Assembly: GCA_965227515.1 (NCBI GenBank)
Contig: CBDDFZ010000001.1
Span: 2,784,001-2,848,000 of the forward strand
DNA: 64,000 nucleotides
Direction: 5' to 3'
DNA from: Alphaproteobacteria bacterium
GTDB lineage: Bacteria > Pseudomonadota > Alphaproteobacteria > CALKHQ01
Part shown: in pieces, positions 18,559 to 28,045 of the stretch
Position numbering within the stretch: position 1 is the first letter of the stretch
How the letters are laid out: every line of letters starts with the position of its first letter
Notes under the pieces: generated by a model
Seen by the model: the letters and a program-made list of their open reading frames with translations, nothing else
Databases searched by the model: none
Told to the model about the DNA's origin: nothing
Made by a program: the position numbers and the translations under genes

Positions 18559-19838
18559 TGTATGGCCCGGGGACATGGTTGACAGTTGTTCGGAGACATA
18601 GCTGACACATTGATGGTTGGTTTTTTCTCATATTGTAAGGTCGATGTCAGCGATCTGGGTTGCGCCGAAGAAGATGCTGTAGCGTCCGTCGTTGCCGCGC
18701 GGCCTGATGGCGAGACGCTCGCCGGCGAAGGCGCGTGGCACGGGCCAGAGCCTTCCCTTGAAGCTGACGTAGAACTTGGTTGCCCCGACCTTGCGGACGA
18801 TGTCGTCGGGTCCGTATTCGGGCTCGGGTAGGGTGTCGGGCATGGGTCGTGTCGAGGGCCGGTAGCGACTGGCCGGCACGTTCATGTCCAAGGCCTGGTG
18901 CGGCCGCTCGGAGTTGTAGACCGGGCGCCATTCATCGAAGGCCTGTTGCACCTGGGCGAGATCGCGCATGCGTCGCAGCGCGAACACCTCGGCGTCCAGG
19001 GTACGGTGGAAGCGCTCGTTCTTGCCGCGTCCTTGCGGGTGATATGGGCGGGCGTGGATGACCTCGACGCCGAGCTTCAAGAGCCACACCCTGAGTGGGG
19101 TCCACTGCCCCGGCACCCCGCCGCCCCAGGGCGAGCCGTTGTCGAGGTAGAACGCATCGGGCAGGCCGTAGAGCCGGAACGTGCGCGCCAGCAGCTGCTT
19201 GACCGTGGCCGTGCGCTCGTTGTCGCCTGCGTGCAGGCACAACGAGAAGCGCGAGTGATCGTCCAGCACCGTGAGCGGGTGGCACCACAGGCCGCGGTCG
19301 ACCTGCACCCGTCCCTTGAAGTCCATCTGCCACAACTGGTTCGGCGCCGGCCGCTCGAAGCGCGTGTAGGCGTGGCCTGTCTGGCGTCGCGGCGGCACCC
19401 GCTCGTGGCGCTGCAAGATCGCATGAACGGTCGATGCCGAAGGCGGGGCGATCCCGTCGCGTTCGAGGCAGCGGGCGATCTTGCGCGCGCCCCAGGCCGG
19501 ATGCGCATCGCGCACCGCCAGCACAGCCGCCTCGATCCGCGCCTCCGTGCGGCGCGGGCTGTGGCGCGGCCGACGCGAGCGATCCGCCAACCCTTCCCCC
19601 GCACAGCCCGCCCGACGCAGCCATTTGTGCCCGGTCTGGCGGCTGATCCCAAACCGCGCGCACAACGCGCTCACGTTCGCGCCATCCAGAGAGGCAAGCA
19701 TCACAAACTCACGCCGTTGATCCACGATCGATACCTCTTGCCAAGGCATGGCCGACTCCAAAATCGGAAGCCAACCACACCAATAAGAGTGTCAACCATG
19801 TCCCCGAACGCCTGTAAGCTATCTCCCCGGGCCGAACA
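18559..19838 (-). mobile_element. IS481-family insertion sequence, complete (1280 bp)
   Basis: TGT...ACA ends, imperfect TIRs (TGTATGGCCCGGGGACATGGTTGACAG / TGTTCGGCCCGGGGAGATAGCTTACAG), 5-bp CTTGT duplication on both sides. Confidence 0.92.
18628..19761 (-). CDS. IS481 family transposase
   Basis: MPWQEVS..., LWQMDFKG, LDDHSRF, DNGSPWG, GKNERFHRTL. Confidence 0.95.
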   Translation of the reverse strand: MESAMPWQEVSIVDQRREFVMLASLDGANVSALCARFGISRQTGHKWLRRAGCAGEGLADRSRRPRHSPRRTEARIEAAVLAVRDAHPAWGARKIARCLERDGIAPPSASTVHAILQRHERVPPRRQTGHAYTRFERPAPNQLWQMDFKGRVQVDRGLWCHPLTVLDDHSRFSLCLHAGDNERTATVKQLLARTFRLYGLPDAFYLDNGSPWGGGVPGQWTPLRVWLLKLGVEVIHARPYHPQGRGKNERFHRTLDAEVFALRRMRDLAQVQQAFDEWRPVYNSERPHQALDMNVPASRYRPSTRPMPDTLPEPEYGPDDIVRKVGATKFYVSFKGRLWPVPRAFAGERLAIRPRGNDGRYSIFFGATQIADIDLTI

Positions 19839-19937
19839 CTTGTCCCGAGCATCCACGACTTTCTTCAGCCGTTGCCAAGACGTGGATGCCCGCAACAAGT
19901 GTGGGCATGACGGTGAGGTCTGGACCGTCCGAGCCTG

Positions 19938-21005
19938 CTACTGCGCGGCGGTGCGGTTGCCGGCGTGGTCGCGGGCGAAGCCGGCGAAACCGTCGATGGC
20001 GCGCGCCAGGCCGGCGTCGTCGATGTCCTTGTGCAGCACCAGCCTGAACGCGTCGTAGTGGCTGCCGATCTCCACCCCCAGGGCGCGCATGTGCGCCGCC
20101 AGCGCCTCGCCGGCGCCGTCCGGCGGTGACATGAACACCATGTTGGTCGGCGTCGACTGGTTGGTCTTCTCCGGCGCCGGGTCCAGCGCGTAGATGCCCA
20201 TGTCGGCCAGGGCCGCCGCCAGTTTCGCCGCGCGGGCATGGTCATCGGCCAGCCGCTCGATATTGTTGTTGAGTGCGAACAGGCCAGCGGAGGCGATGAC
20301 CCCGGCCTGGCGCATGCCGCCACCCAGGATCTTGCGCATGCGATAGGCGCGGGCGAGCAGGTCGACGGACCCGCACAGCACCGTGCCCACCGGCGCGCCG
20401 AGCCCCTTCGACAGGCAGATCGACACGGTGTCGGCATGGGCCGCGATTGCGGATGCCGGTACGCCGAGCGCGGCGGCGGCGTTGAACAGGCGGGCGCCGT
20501 CCAGGTGGACGCTCAGGCCGGCCGCCCGCGCCGCCTGGGCCGGGGCCTCGATCTTGGCCAGCGGCACCGCCTTGCCGGAGTGGGTGTTCTCCAGGCTCAG
20601 CATCCGGGTGACCGGATAGTGCGGGTCGTCGGGCTTCACCGCCGCCGTCACGTCCGCCGCCGCGATGCTGCCGTCCTCGGCCACGGGCAGCGGGAACGGC
20701 GTCGCCCCGCCCAGCACCGCGCCGCCGCCAGCCTCGTAGCGGTAGACGTGGTAGCCCTGGCCGACGAGGAACTCGTCGCCACGCCCGCAGTGGCTCAACA
20801 GGGCCGCCAGATTGCTCTGGGTGCCGGACGGAAAGAACCGCGCCGCCTGCTTGCCCAGAAGCTCGGCCGCCCTTTCCTCCAGCGCATTGACTGTGGGGTC
20901 CTCGCCATATACGTCGTCACCGACATCGGCGGCCGACATCGCGGCGCGCATGTCCGCGCAGGGCATGGTGACGGTATCGCTGCGCAGATCGACAATGGCA
21001 GTCAT
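19938..21005 (-). CDS. ltaE: Low-specificity L-threonine aldolase
   Basis: DLRSDTVT, GDDVYGEDPTV, SGTQSNL, HLDGARLFNA, CLSKGLGAPVG. Confidence 0.93.
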   Translation of the reverse strand: MTAIVDLRSDTVTMPCADMRAAMSAADVGDDVYGEDPTVNALEERAAELLGKQAARFFPSGTQSNLAALLSHCGRGDEFLVGQGYHVYRYEAGGGAVLGGATPFPLPVAEDGSIAAADVTAAVKPDDPHYPVTRMLSLENTHSGKAVPLAKIEAPAQAARAAGLSVHLDGARLFNAAAALGVPASAIAAHADTVSICLSKGLGAPVGTVLCGSVDLLARAYRMRKILGGGMRQAGVIASAGLFALNNNIERLADDHARAAKLAAALADMGIYALDPAPEKTNQSTPTNMVFMSPPDGAGEALAAHMRALGVEIGSHYDAFRLVLHKDIDDAGLARAIDGFAGFARDHAGNRTAAQ

Positions 21006-21069
21006 GGCGTTCCAAATTTTCGGTTCGGCGGGCGGTAAGGTCTCGGCGAACGCTAGCACACTCCGCGCA

Positions 21070-22314
21070 TTGGGTGGCCTGTTGGTTGCCGCCCTGATGC
21101 TGTTTGCCGCGCCGGCGACCGCGCATTTCTCCACCGGCTTCAATGTGCGCGTCATCCACATCGCGGAGACCGCGAACGGGCTGACCGCCTATTACCGCCT
21201 CAGCTTCGCGCTCGCGGTCGCCAACGGCCTGGGGCCGCAACAGCCGGACGGCACCTTTGCGGCCGCGCCTTACACCTACAACGAGCGCATCGGCACCGAG
21301 CCCGTGCACTTCGTCAATCCGGCCGCCGTCATGGACGATCCGCTGGGGCTGGGCGAGATCGTCGCCGGTTCGCACGCGCTGATGGTGGAGGGGCAGCCGA
21401 TCGCGGGGCAGGCGGTGGAGGCGCGGGTGCTGGCGCGGGGCAACACGCCGCCGTTCAACACGCTGGCCGAGGCCCGGGCCGCCTTCGACGGGCCGGTCTA
21501 CCCGCAGTTGGACGGCGAGCTGGAAGTCAACTCAGCGCTGGTCGACGTGCGCGTCGACTACCCGTTCTCAGGCGACATCGGCACGCTGACCGTATCGAGC
21601 ACGCTTGCGCCGGGGGAGATGGCCGCCCACGACACCCAGAACCTGATCGTGCTGCACGCAATGGATGGCACCACACGGTCGCAACAGGTCGGCGGCCTGC
21701 TGGCGGAGCCGGTCACGGTCTACGAGCCGGTATGGCGGGCCATGGCGCAGTTCATGGCGCTCGGCGTCGAGCACATTGTCTTCGGGCTGGACCACGTGTT
21801 CTTCGTTCTCTGCCTGGTGATCGGGGCGGCGACCCTGGGCGGGCTGGCATGGCGGGTGACCGGGTTCACCCTTGGTCACACGGTGACCTTGTTGGCCGGC
21901 TACTACGGCTATGTGCCGGAGGGGGCCTGGTTCGTGCCGGCGGTGGAGGTGGGGATTGCGGCCTCCATCATCTACGCAGCGGCTGTGCCGATGGCCGGCT
22001 GGCGCAACCCGCTGGTCGCGTTCGGCGTGACCTCGGCACTCGGCCTGCTGCACGGCTTCGGCTTCTCCTCGTCCTTGCGCGAACTGGTGCGGCCCGACGA
22101 GCCGGATACGGTCGCGCGGCTGGCCTCGTTCAATATCGGGGTCGAGGTCGGGCAGCTTGCCATCGTGGCGCTGGCCTGGCCGGCGCTGGTGTGGTTGGCC
22201 CGCTCGTCGCCGGCACGCCGCGCGCGCGCGGTCGATGTGGTCGCCATCGGCGCGATCTGGGTCGCCGGCCTTTGGGTGCTGGAGCGCGTGCCGCTTTTGT
22301 GGGTCGAGGTTTAG
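21070..22314 (+). CDS. HupE/UreJ family membrane protein with large periplasmic N-domain
   Basis: Signal ending ATAH; LGVEHIVFGLDHVFF, FTLGHTVTL, GLLHGFGFS, FNIGVEVGQ; start uncertain. Confidence 0.82.
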   Translation: MGGLLVAALMLFAAPATAHFSTGFNVRVIHIAETANGLTAYYRLSFALAVANGLGPQQPDGTFAAAPYTYNERIGTEPVHFVNPAAVMDDPLGLGEIVAGSHALMVEGQPIAGQAVEARVLARGNTPPFNTLAEARAAFDGPVYPQLDGELEVNSALVDVRVDYPFSGDIGTLTVSSTLAPGEMAAHDTQNLIVLHAMDGTTRSQQVGGLLAEPVTVYEPVWRAMAQFMALGVEHIVFGLDHVFFVLCLVIGAATLGGLAWRVTGFTLGHTVTLLAGYYGYVPEGAWFVPAVEVGIAASIIYAAAVPMAGWRNPLVAFGVTSALGLLHGFGFSSSLRELVRPDEPDTVARLASFNIGVEVGQLAIVALAWPALVWLARSSPARRARAVDVVAIGAIWVAGLWVLERVPLLWVEV

Positions 22315-22333
22315 CGAATTTCTCGGTTGATCT

Positions 22334-22411
22334 GCGCCAGCCCTCACCCCCACCCGGCCGCCCACACAGGATACTCTCGTTGGGTGGCCGGGTGGGGGTG
22401 TGGGCTGGTGC
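22334..22411. repeat. Long inverted repeat between convergent genes (REP-like or bidirectional terminator)
   Basis: CCAGCCCTCACCCCCACCCGGCCGCCCA / TGGGTGGCCGGGTGGGGGTGTGGGCTGG, 28-bp arms with 2 mismatches, 16-nt loop. Confidence 0.75.
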
Positions 22412-22435
22412 CGACTTAGCGTAAGCGGAAATCGA

Positions 22436-22618
22436 TCAACCGCAGAACTCGCAGCGCTTCTTCTTGAAGATCAGGTCCTCGTCGCCGTCTTCCATCGCGA
22501 AGTCGAGCAGCACCCGCAGCGCCTTCGATTGATCCTTCAGCCCGTGCTTCGCTGCCATGTCGCGCAGCCAATAGCCGTGTGCGGCCTCAAGCGTGTATTC
22601 GCCGGTCTGCTTTGGCAT
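22436..22618 (-). CDS. 60-aa RHH-like protein with C-terminal CxxC, paralog B
   Basis: MPKQTGEYTL...SKALRVLLDFAMEDGDEDLIFKKKRCEFCG; paralogous to neighbour, 2-bp gap. Confidence 0.8.
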   Translation of the reverse strand: MPKQTGEYTLEAAHGYWLRDMAAKHGLKDQSKALRVLLDFAMEDGDEDLIFKKKRCEFCG

Positions 22619-22620
22619 CG

Positions 22621-22803
22621 CTAATCACAGTACTCGCAGCGGATTTCCTCGAAGATCGTCTTCTCGTCGCCGTCGACCATGGCGAAATCGAGCAGCACCC
22701 GCAGCGACTTCGACCCGTCAGCCAGCGCGTGCTTGTCGGCCATGCTCGTCAGCCACTGGGCCTGCTCTTCCTCGATCTCGAACTGTACCGTCGTCTTGGC
22801 CAT
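22621..22803 (-). CDS. 60-aa RHH-like protein with C-terminal CxxC, paralog A
   Basis: MAKTTVQFEI...SKSLRVLLDFAMVDGDEKTIFEEIRCEYCD; GAGGGA RBS. Confidence 0.8.
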   Translation of the reverse strand: MAKTTVQFEIEEEQAQWLTSMADKHALADGSKSLRVLLDFAMVDGDEKTIFEEIRCEYCD

Positions 22804-22928
22804 CGTCGTTCGTCCCTCGCCGGTTCGGGTGGTCGTTATGGTTTATGGTTCGTTGGCAATTCGTCAGGACTTTTCTGACAGGTTCCGGGCCAGATTCCCA
22901 GAATTGGCTTCCCAGATATGGCGCGCCC

Positions 22929-24023
22929 GTGAAAATCGCCTTCGTTGATTTTATCGACCTGGACTACGACGTGCTGTCGCCCGAGGAGCGGCCGTTGGGC
23001 GGCTCGCAGTCGGCGCTGTGCTACCTGGCGCGCGCGATGGCGGGGCGCGGCCACGAGGTGCGCCTGGTCAACGATGCCACGGCACCGCGCGACGGCCATG
23101 GGGTGCGCGCCTGCCGGCTGGCCGATGGGCTGGATGGGCCGCTGGGCGGCTGCGATGTGGTGGTCGGGCTGAACAACGCGACCCGCGCCGAGACCTTGCG
23201 ACAGCACGCGCCCGATACCGCGCGCATTGTGCTGTGGACCGGCCATGCCGCCGACCAGCCGGGCGTGACCCCGCTGGCCGATCCGGATGTGCGCGCGGCC
23301 TGGGACGCGGTGGTGACGGTGAGCGACTGGCATCGCCGGCAGTTCCTGGAGGCCTTCGGGCTCGACCCGGCAACCACCATTGCGATGCGCAACGCCATTG
23401 CCCCGGTGTTCGAGCGGTTGATCGGTGGCGACGCCCAGCGCGATGGCCGGGAGCATGTCCTGACCTATACGTCGACGCCGTTCCGTGGGCTTCACATCCT
23501 GCTCCACGCCTTCCCGCGCATTCGCGCCGCGGTGCCTCAGACGGCGTTGCACGTCTATTCCAGCATGGGGCCCTATGGCGACGACGCGGCGGACGAGAAG
23601 TTCGCCAAGCTCTATGACTGGGCGCGGGGCAGCGCGGGCGTCGTCTACAGCCCGGCCATTCCGCAGGCAGAGCTTGGCGATGCACTGGCGGCCGCCGGCA
23701 CGCTGGCCTATCCGAACACGTTCGAGGAAACCTCGTGCATCGCGGTGATGGAGGCGATGGCCGCCGGCTGCCGCGTGGTGACCACCGACCGGGGCGCGCT
23801 GCCGGAGACGACCGCCGGCCATGCCCGGCTGGTGGCGCCGGACGACGACCCGCGCGCGTTCAGCGCCGCGTTCGCCGAGGCTCTGATCGGCGACTTGACC
23901 TGGCGCGACACAGCGCCAGGGGAGGCCGCCGACGCGCTGGCGGCGCAGCGGGCCTATGTTGCCGGCGAGCTGACATGGTCGCGCCGCGCGGCGGAGTGGG
24001 ACGCATGGCTGCAGACCCACTAG
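22929..24023 (+). CDS. Glycosyltransferase family 4 protein
   Basis: PLGGSQSALCYLA, YTSTPFRGL, FEETSCIAVMEAMAAG. Confidence 0.88.
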   Translation: MKIAFVDFIDLDYDVLSPEERPLGGSQSALCYLARAMAGRGHEVRLVNDATAPRDGHGVRACRLADGLDGPLGGCDVVVGLNNATRAETLRQHAPDTARIVLWTGHAADQPGVTPLADPDVRAAWDAVVTVSDWHRRQFLEAFGLDPATTIAMRNAIAPVFERLIGGDAQRDGREHVLTYTSTPFRGLHILLHAFPRIRAAVPQTALHVYSSMGPYGDDAADEKFAKLYDWARGSAGVVYSPAIPQAELGDALAAAGTLAYPNTFEETSCIAVMEAMAAGCRVVTTDRGALPETTAGHARLVAPDDDPRAFSAAFAEALIGDLTWRDTAPGEAADALAAQRAYVAGELTWSRRAAEWDAWLQTH

Positions 24024-25915
24024 CCGCGGCGAAGACATCCGGGCGCTGGCTGAACGTCGCCCAGCGCTATATCGACCATGGCCGGCCCGACATGGCGCTG
24101 CAAGCCTGCCGCGAGGCGGAGAAGGCCGCGCCGCCGACCGTGCGCAGCCGTGTGCTGGGCGGCCAGGCACAGCTTGGCACCGGCAGGGTGCGCGATGCGG
24201 TGCTGTCGTTCGCGGCGGCCCTGAAGGTCCAGCCGGGCTGCGTGCCGGCGCTGATCGGCCTCGGCAAGGCGCTCGCCCGCTGCGGCCGGTCGGACGAGGC
24301 GGCGGAGTATCTGCGGCTCGCCACCCAACTCGGTCCGGACGTGGCCGGCGGCTGGGTGGAGCGCGGTGCGCTGGCGCTGAAGGCACGTGATGCCGCCGAG
24401 GCGCTCGCGTGCTTCGAGCGGGCAACCGCGCTGATGCCCGCCAGCCGGCAAGCGCTGGGCGGGCTCGCCGCCGCCGCACAGCAACTGGGCCAACTCGGGC
24501 GCGCCCGCGAGGCCTATGCCGGCGCCATCGCACATGGCGCGCGCGATGCGACGACCCTGGGCAACTACGGGACCCTGCTGACCGAGGCGGGATGCGCGAC
24601 CGAGGCGCGGCCGATGCTGGCGCGCGCGGTGCGGGCTCGGCCCGGCGACGCCGCCGCGATCTCCAATCGGCTGTATGGGGCGCTCTACGACACGGAAGCC
24701 CGGCCCGCGGGACTGGTGGCGCTGCACCGCCGGCTCGGGCGGCGGATCGCGCCGGCGGCGCGGCTGCAAGCGCCGGTCCGCGACCGCGACCCGTCGCGCC
24801 CGCTGCGGATCGGCTACGTTTCCGGCGACTTCCGCCGTCATCCGATCGGCTTCTTCCTGGCCGACGTGCTGCACCGCCATGATCGCGCGGGCGTCGAGGT
24901 GCACTGCTTCAGCGACGTCACCGCGGCCGACTGGCTGACCGACACGCTGCGCTCCGGTAGCGACCATTGGCACGACATTGCCGGGCTGGACCACGCGGCG
25001 GCGGCGGCCGCCATTGCGGAGACAGGCATCGATGTCGCCGTCGACCTGACCGGGCACATGCGCGGCAACCGCCTGCCGGCGTTCGCCAGCCGGATGGCGC
25101 CGGTGCAGGTGTCGTGGGCGGGATATCCGGCCACCACCGGCCTGCCGGCGATGGATGCGGTGCTGCTAGACAAGTTCGTTGCCGGGGAGCGGGCGCAAGC
25201 GCATTACACCGAGCGCGCGATGGCCGATTTGCCGCTCTATGCCTGCTACGCGCCGCCGGACTATGCCCCGGCGCCTGCCGCCGGCATCGGCGGGGCAGGG
25301 GGCGAGATCCGGTTCGGCTGCTTCGGCAACCTTTCCAAGATCAACCGGGGCACGGTCGCGGCATGGGCCGCCGTGCTGGCCCGGGTGCCCGATGCCAGCT
25401 TGCTGCTGAAGGGCCACGGGCTGGACGACCCCTGGGTCAAGGACCGGCTTTCAGGTTGGTTCGCCGAGGACGGCGTTGCCGCCAGCCGCCTGCATTTCGA
25501 AGGTCCGTCGGCGCATGACGTGCTGCTGCGGCGCTACCGCGACATCGACATCATGCTCGACACCATGCCCTACACCGGCTCGACGACCATGATGGAGGCG
25601 CTGTGGATGGGGGTGCCGGCGGTCTCGTTGGCCGGCGTGCTCTACCACCAGCGCCATGGCGGGGCGGTGCTCGACGCCGCCGGGCTGGGCGACCTCGTCG
25701 CTGACAGCACGCAAGCCTATGTCGACACTGCCGTGGCACTCGCCACCGACACCGATCGCCTGCTTGCGGTGCGCGACGGCCTCCGCGACCGGGTTGCGGC
25801 CTCGCCCATATGCGATGGCGGCGCCATGGCGGCGGCGTTAGAGAGGAGTTACCGGAGGCTCATACGGCATCAATTTCAAGACAGCACCTCTGTTACATCC
25901 CGTGCGCGGAAATGA
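24005..25915 (+). CDS. TPR-containing O-GlcNAc transferase/SPINDLY family (GT41) protein
   Basis: N-terminal TPRs; LRIGYVSGDFRRHPIG, DLTGH, APVQVSWAGYPATTG, FGNLSKIN, LDTMPYTGSTT. Confidence 0.9.
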   Translation: MAADPLAAAKTSGRWLNVAQRYIDHGRPDMALQACREAEKAAPPTVRSRVLGGQAQLGTGRVRDAVLSFAAALKVQPGCVPALIGLGKALARCGRSDEAAEYLRLATQLGPDVAGGWVERGALALKARDAAEALACFERATALMPASRQALGGLAAAAQQLGQLGRAREAYAGAIAHGARDATTLGNYGTLLTEAGCATEARPMLARAVRARPGDAAAISNRLYGALYDTEARPAGLVALHRRLGRRIAPAARLQAPVRDRDPSRPLRIGYVSGDFRRHPIGFFLADVLHRHDRAGVEVHCFSDVTAADWLTDTLRSGSDHWHDIAGLDHAAAAAAIAETGIDVAVDLTGHMRGNRLPAFASRMAPVQVSWAGYPATTGLPAMDAVLLDKFVAGERAQAHYTERAMADLPLYACYAPPDYAPAPAAGIGGAGGEIRFGCFGNLSKINRGTVAAWAAVLARVPDASLLLKGHGLDDPWVKDRLSGWFAEDGVAASRLHFEGPSAHDVLLRRYRDIDIMLDTMPYTGSTTMMEALWMGVPAVSLAGVLYHQRHGGAVLDAAGLGDLVADSTQAYVDTAVALATDTDRLLAVRDGLRDRVAASPICDGGAMAAALERSYRRLIRHQFQDSTSVTSRARK

Positions 25916-26137
25916 CGATCTAACACGCTTCCGATTTCAGAGAGATTGCAGATCATTTTGCCTACTGTTATAATATTTCGCATGTGGCCTGTGGGAATTT
26001 ATGCAGTTTCCGCGGCAGGTAGAAGCTTGTTCTCGGTGCATATGGAAGAATATTAAGGCGACAATTCAGTCTTATTTTGCAAAAAATGAGTGCTCGTGGC
26101 ACATACAGACAGATTAGCCAGGTTGAGGAGCAATATC

Positions 26138-26791
26138 GTGAGCATTTTATATAATAGGAGGTCTTTTAGCTTAACAGTGGCCACTGGGTGCATCGCACCT
26201 AAGTTGGTTGGCGCCCAAGATCGTACCTGCAATGATGTGAAAGTTCACTTTGTTTCCTTGCCGGGGTCATATGGCGAGGAGCTCTACGCGGGGGTGGCGA
26301 AAGCTGTGGAGGTTTCCCCTCCTTTAGTGTGTCAAATTGGAACCTTTTTGGCTGTATATGAGGATTTGCTCCAGCTAGACTTCCTTCTTCGGCAATATAA
26401 TAGTGTCAATGAGTTGCCTGTTGTTGTTGGTAGTTTTGGATATAGATACTCGAGGATTTTAGCTGACTCTTATCCTAACATAATTTTTGTCGAAATTGCT
26501 CTGTCACCTCAGATCAGGCGAGCATCTCCAGGAAATCTCGTGGTAGTACCGATCTCCGGTGTTGCCGAAGTCTCTGCAAAGTTAAATTGGTCTGTGAATG
26601 TGTTTATCGGTTTTCTGACCACGGTCGTATTTACGGAATGGGCAAGGTATGTTATTGATAATCCGGGACAATTTAGCTCCAACATTGTGTCTAGTGAATT
26701 TTTTTCTGTTCCCTTTCAAATTCAAGCTGGAGATTTAGATATCAAAATGAATATGGATCAGCGTTATGGGAGATTCGAACCAATTCTATGA
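26138..26791 (+). CDS. Hypothetical protein in AT-rich islet (Tat-like signal; weak BMP-like segment)
   Basis: GAGGAG RBS before GTG 26138; NRRSF; VVGSFGY...ADSYPNIIFV. Confidence 0.5.
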   Translation: MSILYNRRSFSLTVATGCIAPKLVGAQDRTCNDVKVHFVSLPGSYGEELYAGVAKAVEVSPPLVCQIGTFLAVYEDLLQLDFLLRQYNSVNELPVVVGSFGYRYSRILADSYPNIIFVEIALSPQIRRASPGNLVVVPISGVAEVSAKLNWSVNVFIGFLTTVVFTEWARYVIDNPGQFSSNIVSSEFFSVPFQIQAGDLDIKMNMDQRYGRFEPIL

Positions 26792-27146
26792 TGTGGAGAT
26801 GAAAATGCCTGGTAAAGATGTTTCCGCTGATGATGGGTTCGAGTTGGCAAAAAGCCTATTCAGTGTGGGTTTCAGCATGCTGGCGCTCGGGTTCACGGTT
26901 CTTGTTTCTATTGTTACATTCATAGCAAGCCATCCAACATTGTCAACACAAGGAGCAGATCGGGCTCATTCCGTCATTTGGACTGTTATACCTGTGATAG
27001 CATTATCTTCGCTTGTGGTGATGTCTTGTTTGATGCGATTTCTGAACGTTATTTCGTATGTCTGGCCGGCATCAATTGTGATGATGATGCTATCTATCTA
27101 CCTATTGGGTGCGACTGTGGTGTGGGCTTTTCTGTATTTAGGGTGA
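26766..27146 (+). CDS. Small membrane protein (about 3 TM) in AT-rich islet
   Basis: Three hydrophobic stretches; overlaps previous ORF; start uncertain. Confidence 0.55.
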   Translation: MGDSNQFYDVEMKMPGKDVSADDGFELAKSLFSVGFSMLALGFTVLVSIVTFIASHPTLSTQGADRAHSVIWTVIPVIALSSLVVMSCLMRFLNVISYVWPASIVMMMLSIYLLGATVVWAFLYLG

Positions 27147-27155
27147 GAATCAACA

Positions 27156-27485
27156 ATGTCTTTGCTAGATCCAAAAGATAGAAGTTTGCTGGTAAATACG
27201 TCGATTATTAATGTCTACCTAGAAAGTAATACTACATTCTATGTAGAATTTTTGTATGGTTTGGTGGACTCTCTGCCGCCAGATCATCCTATGCGAGACT
27301 TACATGGGCTGTCGGATTTATTGAGCGGCCATCTCAATCGGAATGACGATGACCTTAATGGTATATTGATTGATTTAATAGGGCTAGAGAATGAACTCTT
27401 GAGAATTCAATATTTTGATATGATTGCGCGTTATTTTATCGATGAAGCAGATGCAGCAAAATTGTGTGGGCGATATGATTGTTAG
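27156..27485 (+). CDS. Acidic hypothetical protein in AT-rich islet
   Basis: 109-aa ORF 9 bp after previous stop. Confidence 0.5.
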   Translation: MSLLDPKDRSLLVNTSIINVYLESNTTFYVEFLYGLVDSLPPDHPMRDLHGLSDLLSGHLNRNDDDLNGILIDLIGLENELLRIQYFDMIARYFIDEADAAKLCGRYDC

Positions 27486-27595
27486 GGCGATTGCACGGAC
27501 TAGTAATTCCGTTGCCGAGGAGGGTTGGGTGATCCGCCGCGAACACTGGCTGGCACCGGTGGATGGCGCCAGCCAGTACGAACGCGACCCGCCGG

Positions 27596-28045
27596 CTACT
27601 GTTCCGGCTCCACGTTGAGGGCCGAGCCCTCGACCGCGGTGATGACGACGGCGGTGCCTGCGGGCATGTCACGGCCCGAGATCTTCCAGGTCGAATCGCC
27701 GATCTTTAAGCGGCCCGATCCATTCACGATGGGATCGGACAGCGTGTAGCGCTTGCCGATGAATTGCTCGCCGCGCCGGTTGAGCAGGGGCCGGTCCGAC
27801 TCCTCGTTCACCTTGTAGATCCAGCGCCGTCCGCTGAGGGCGGTCGCAACGCCGAGGCCGGCGAAGATCAGGAACTGGTAGGCGACCCCCATGTCCTGGA
27901 AGATCAGCACGACCACGCCGGTGAGTGCCGCCGAGACGCCGATCCAGATCAGGCTGGCGCCCGGCACCACAACTTCGAGGGCTATCAGCAGGACCCCTGC
28001 CGCGAACCAGTGCCAGTAGTAGGGACCTGTCAGGAGCTCGTCCAT
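27596..28045 (-). CDS. NfeD family protein (YbbJ-like)
   Basis: WHWFAAGVLLIALEVVVPG, LNRRGEQFIG, GRLKIGDSTW. Confidence 0.92.
   Translation of the reverse strand: MDELLTGPYYWHWFAAGVLLIALEVVVPGASLIWIGVSAALTGVVVLIFQDMGVAYQFLIFAGLGVATALSGRRWIYKVNEESDRPLLNRRGEQFIGKRYTLSDPIVNGSGRLKIGDSTWKISGRDMPAGTAVVITAVEGSALNVEPEQ

Larger units (their letters stand above)
18540..19913. repeat. REP-like palindromic element interrupted by IS481
   Basis: CGTCATGCTCGGGCTTGT [IS] CCCGAGCATCCACG...CGTGGATGCCCGCAACAAGTGTGGGCATGACG; sibling copy at 45905. Confidence 0.85.
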
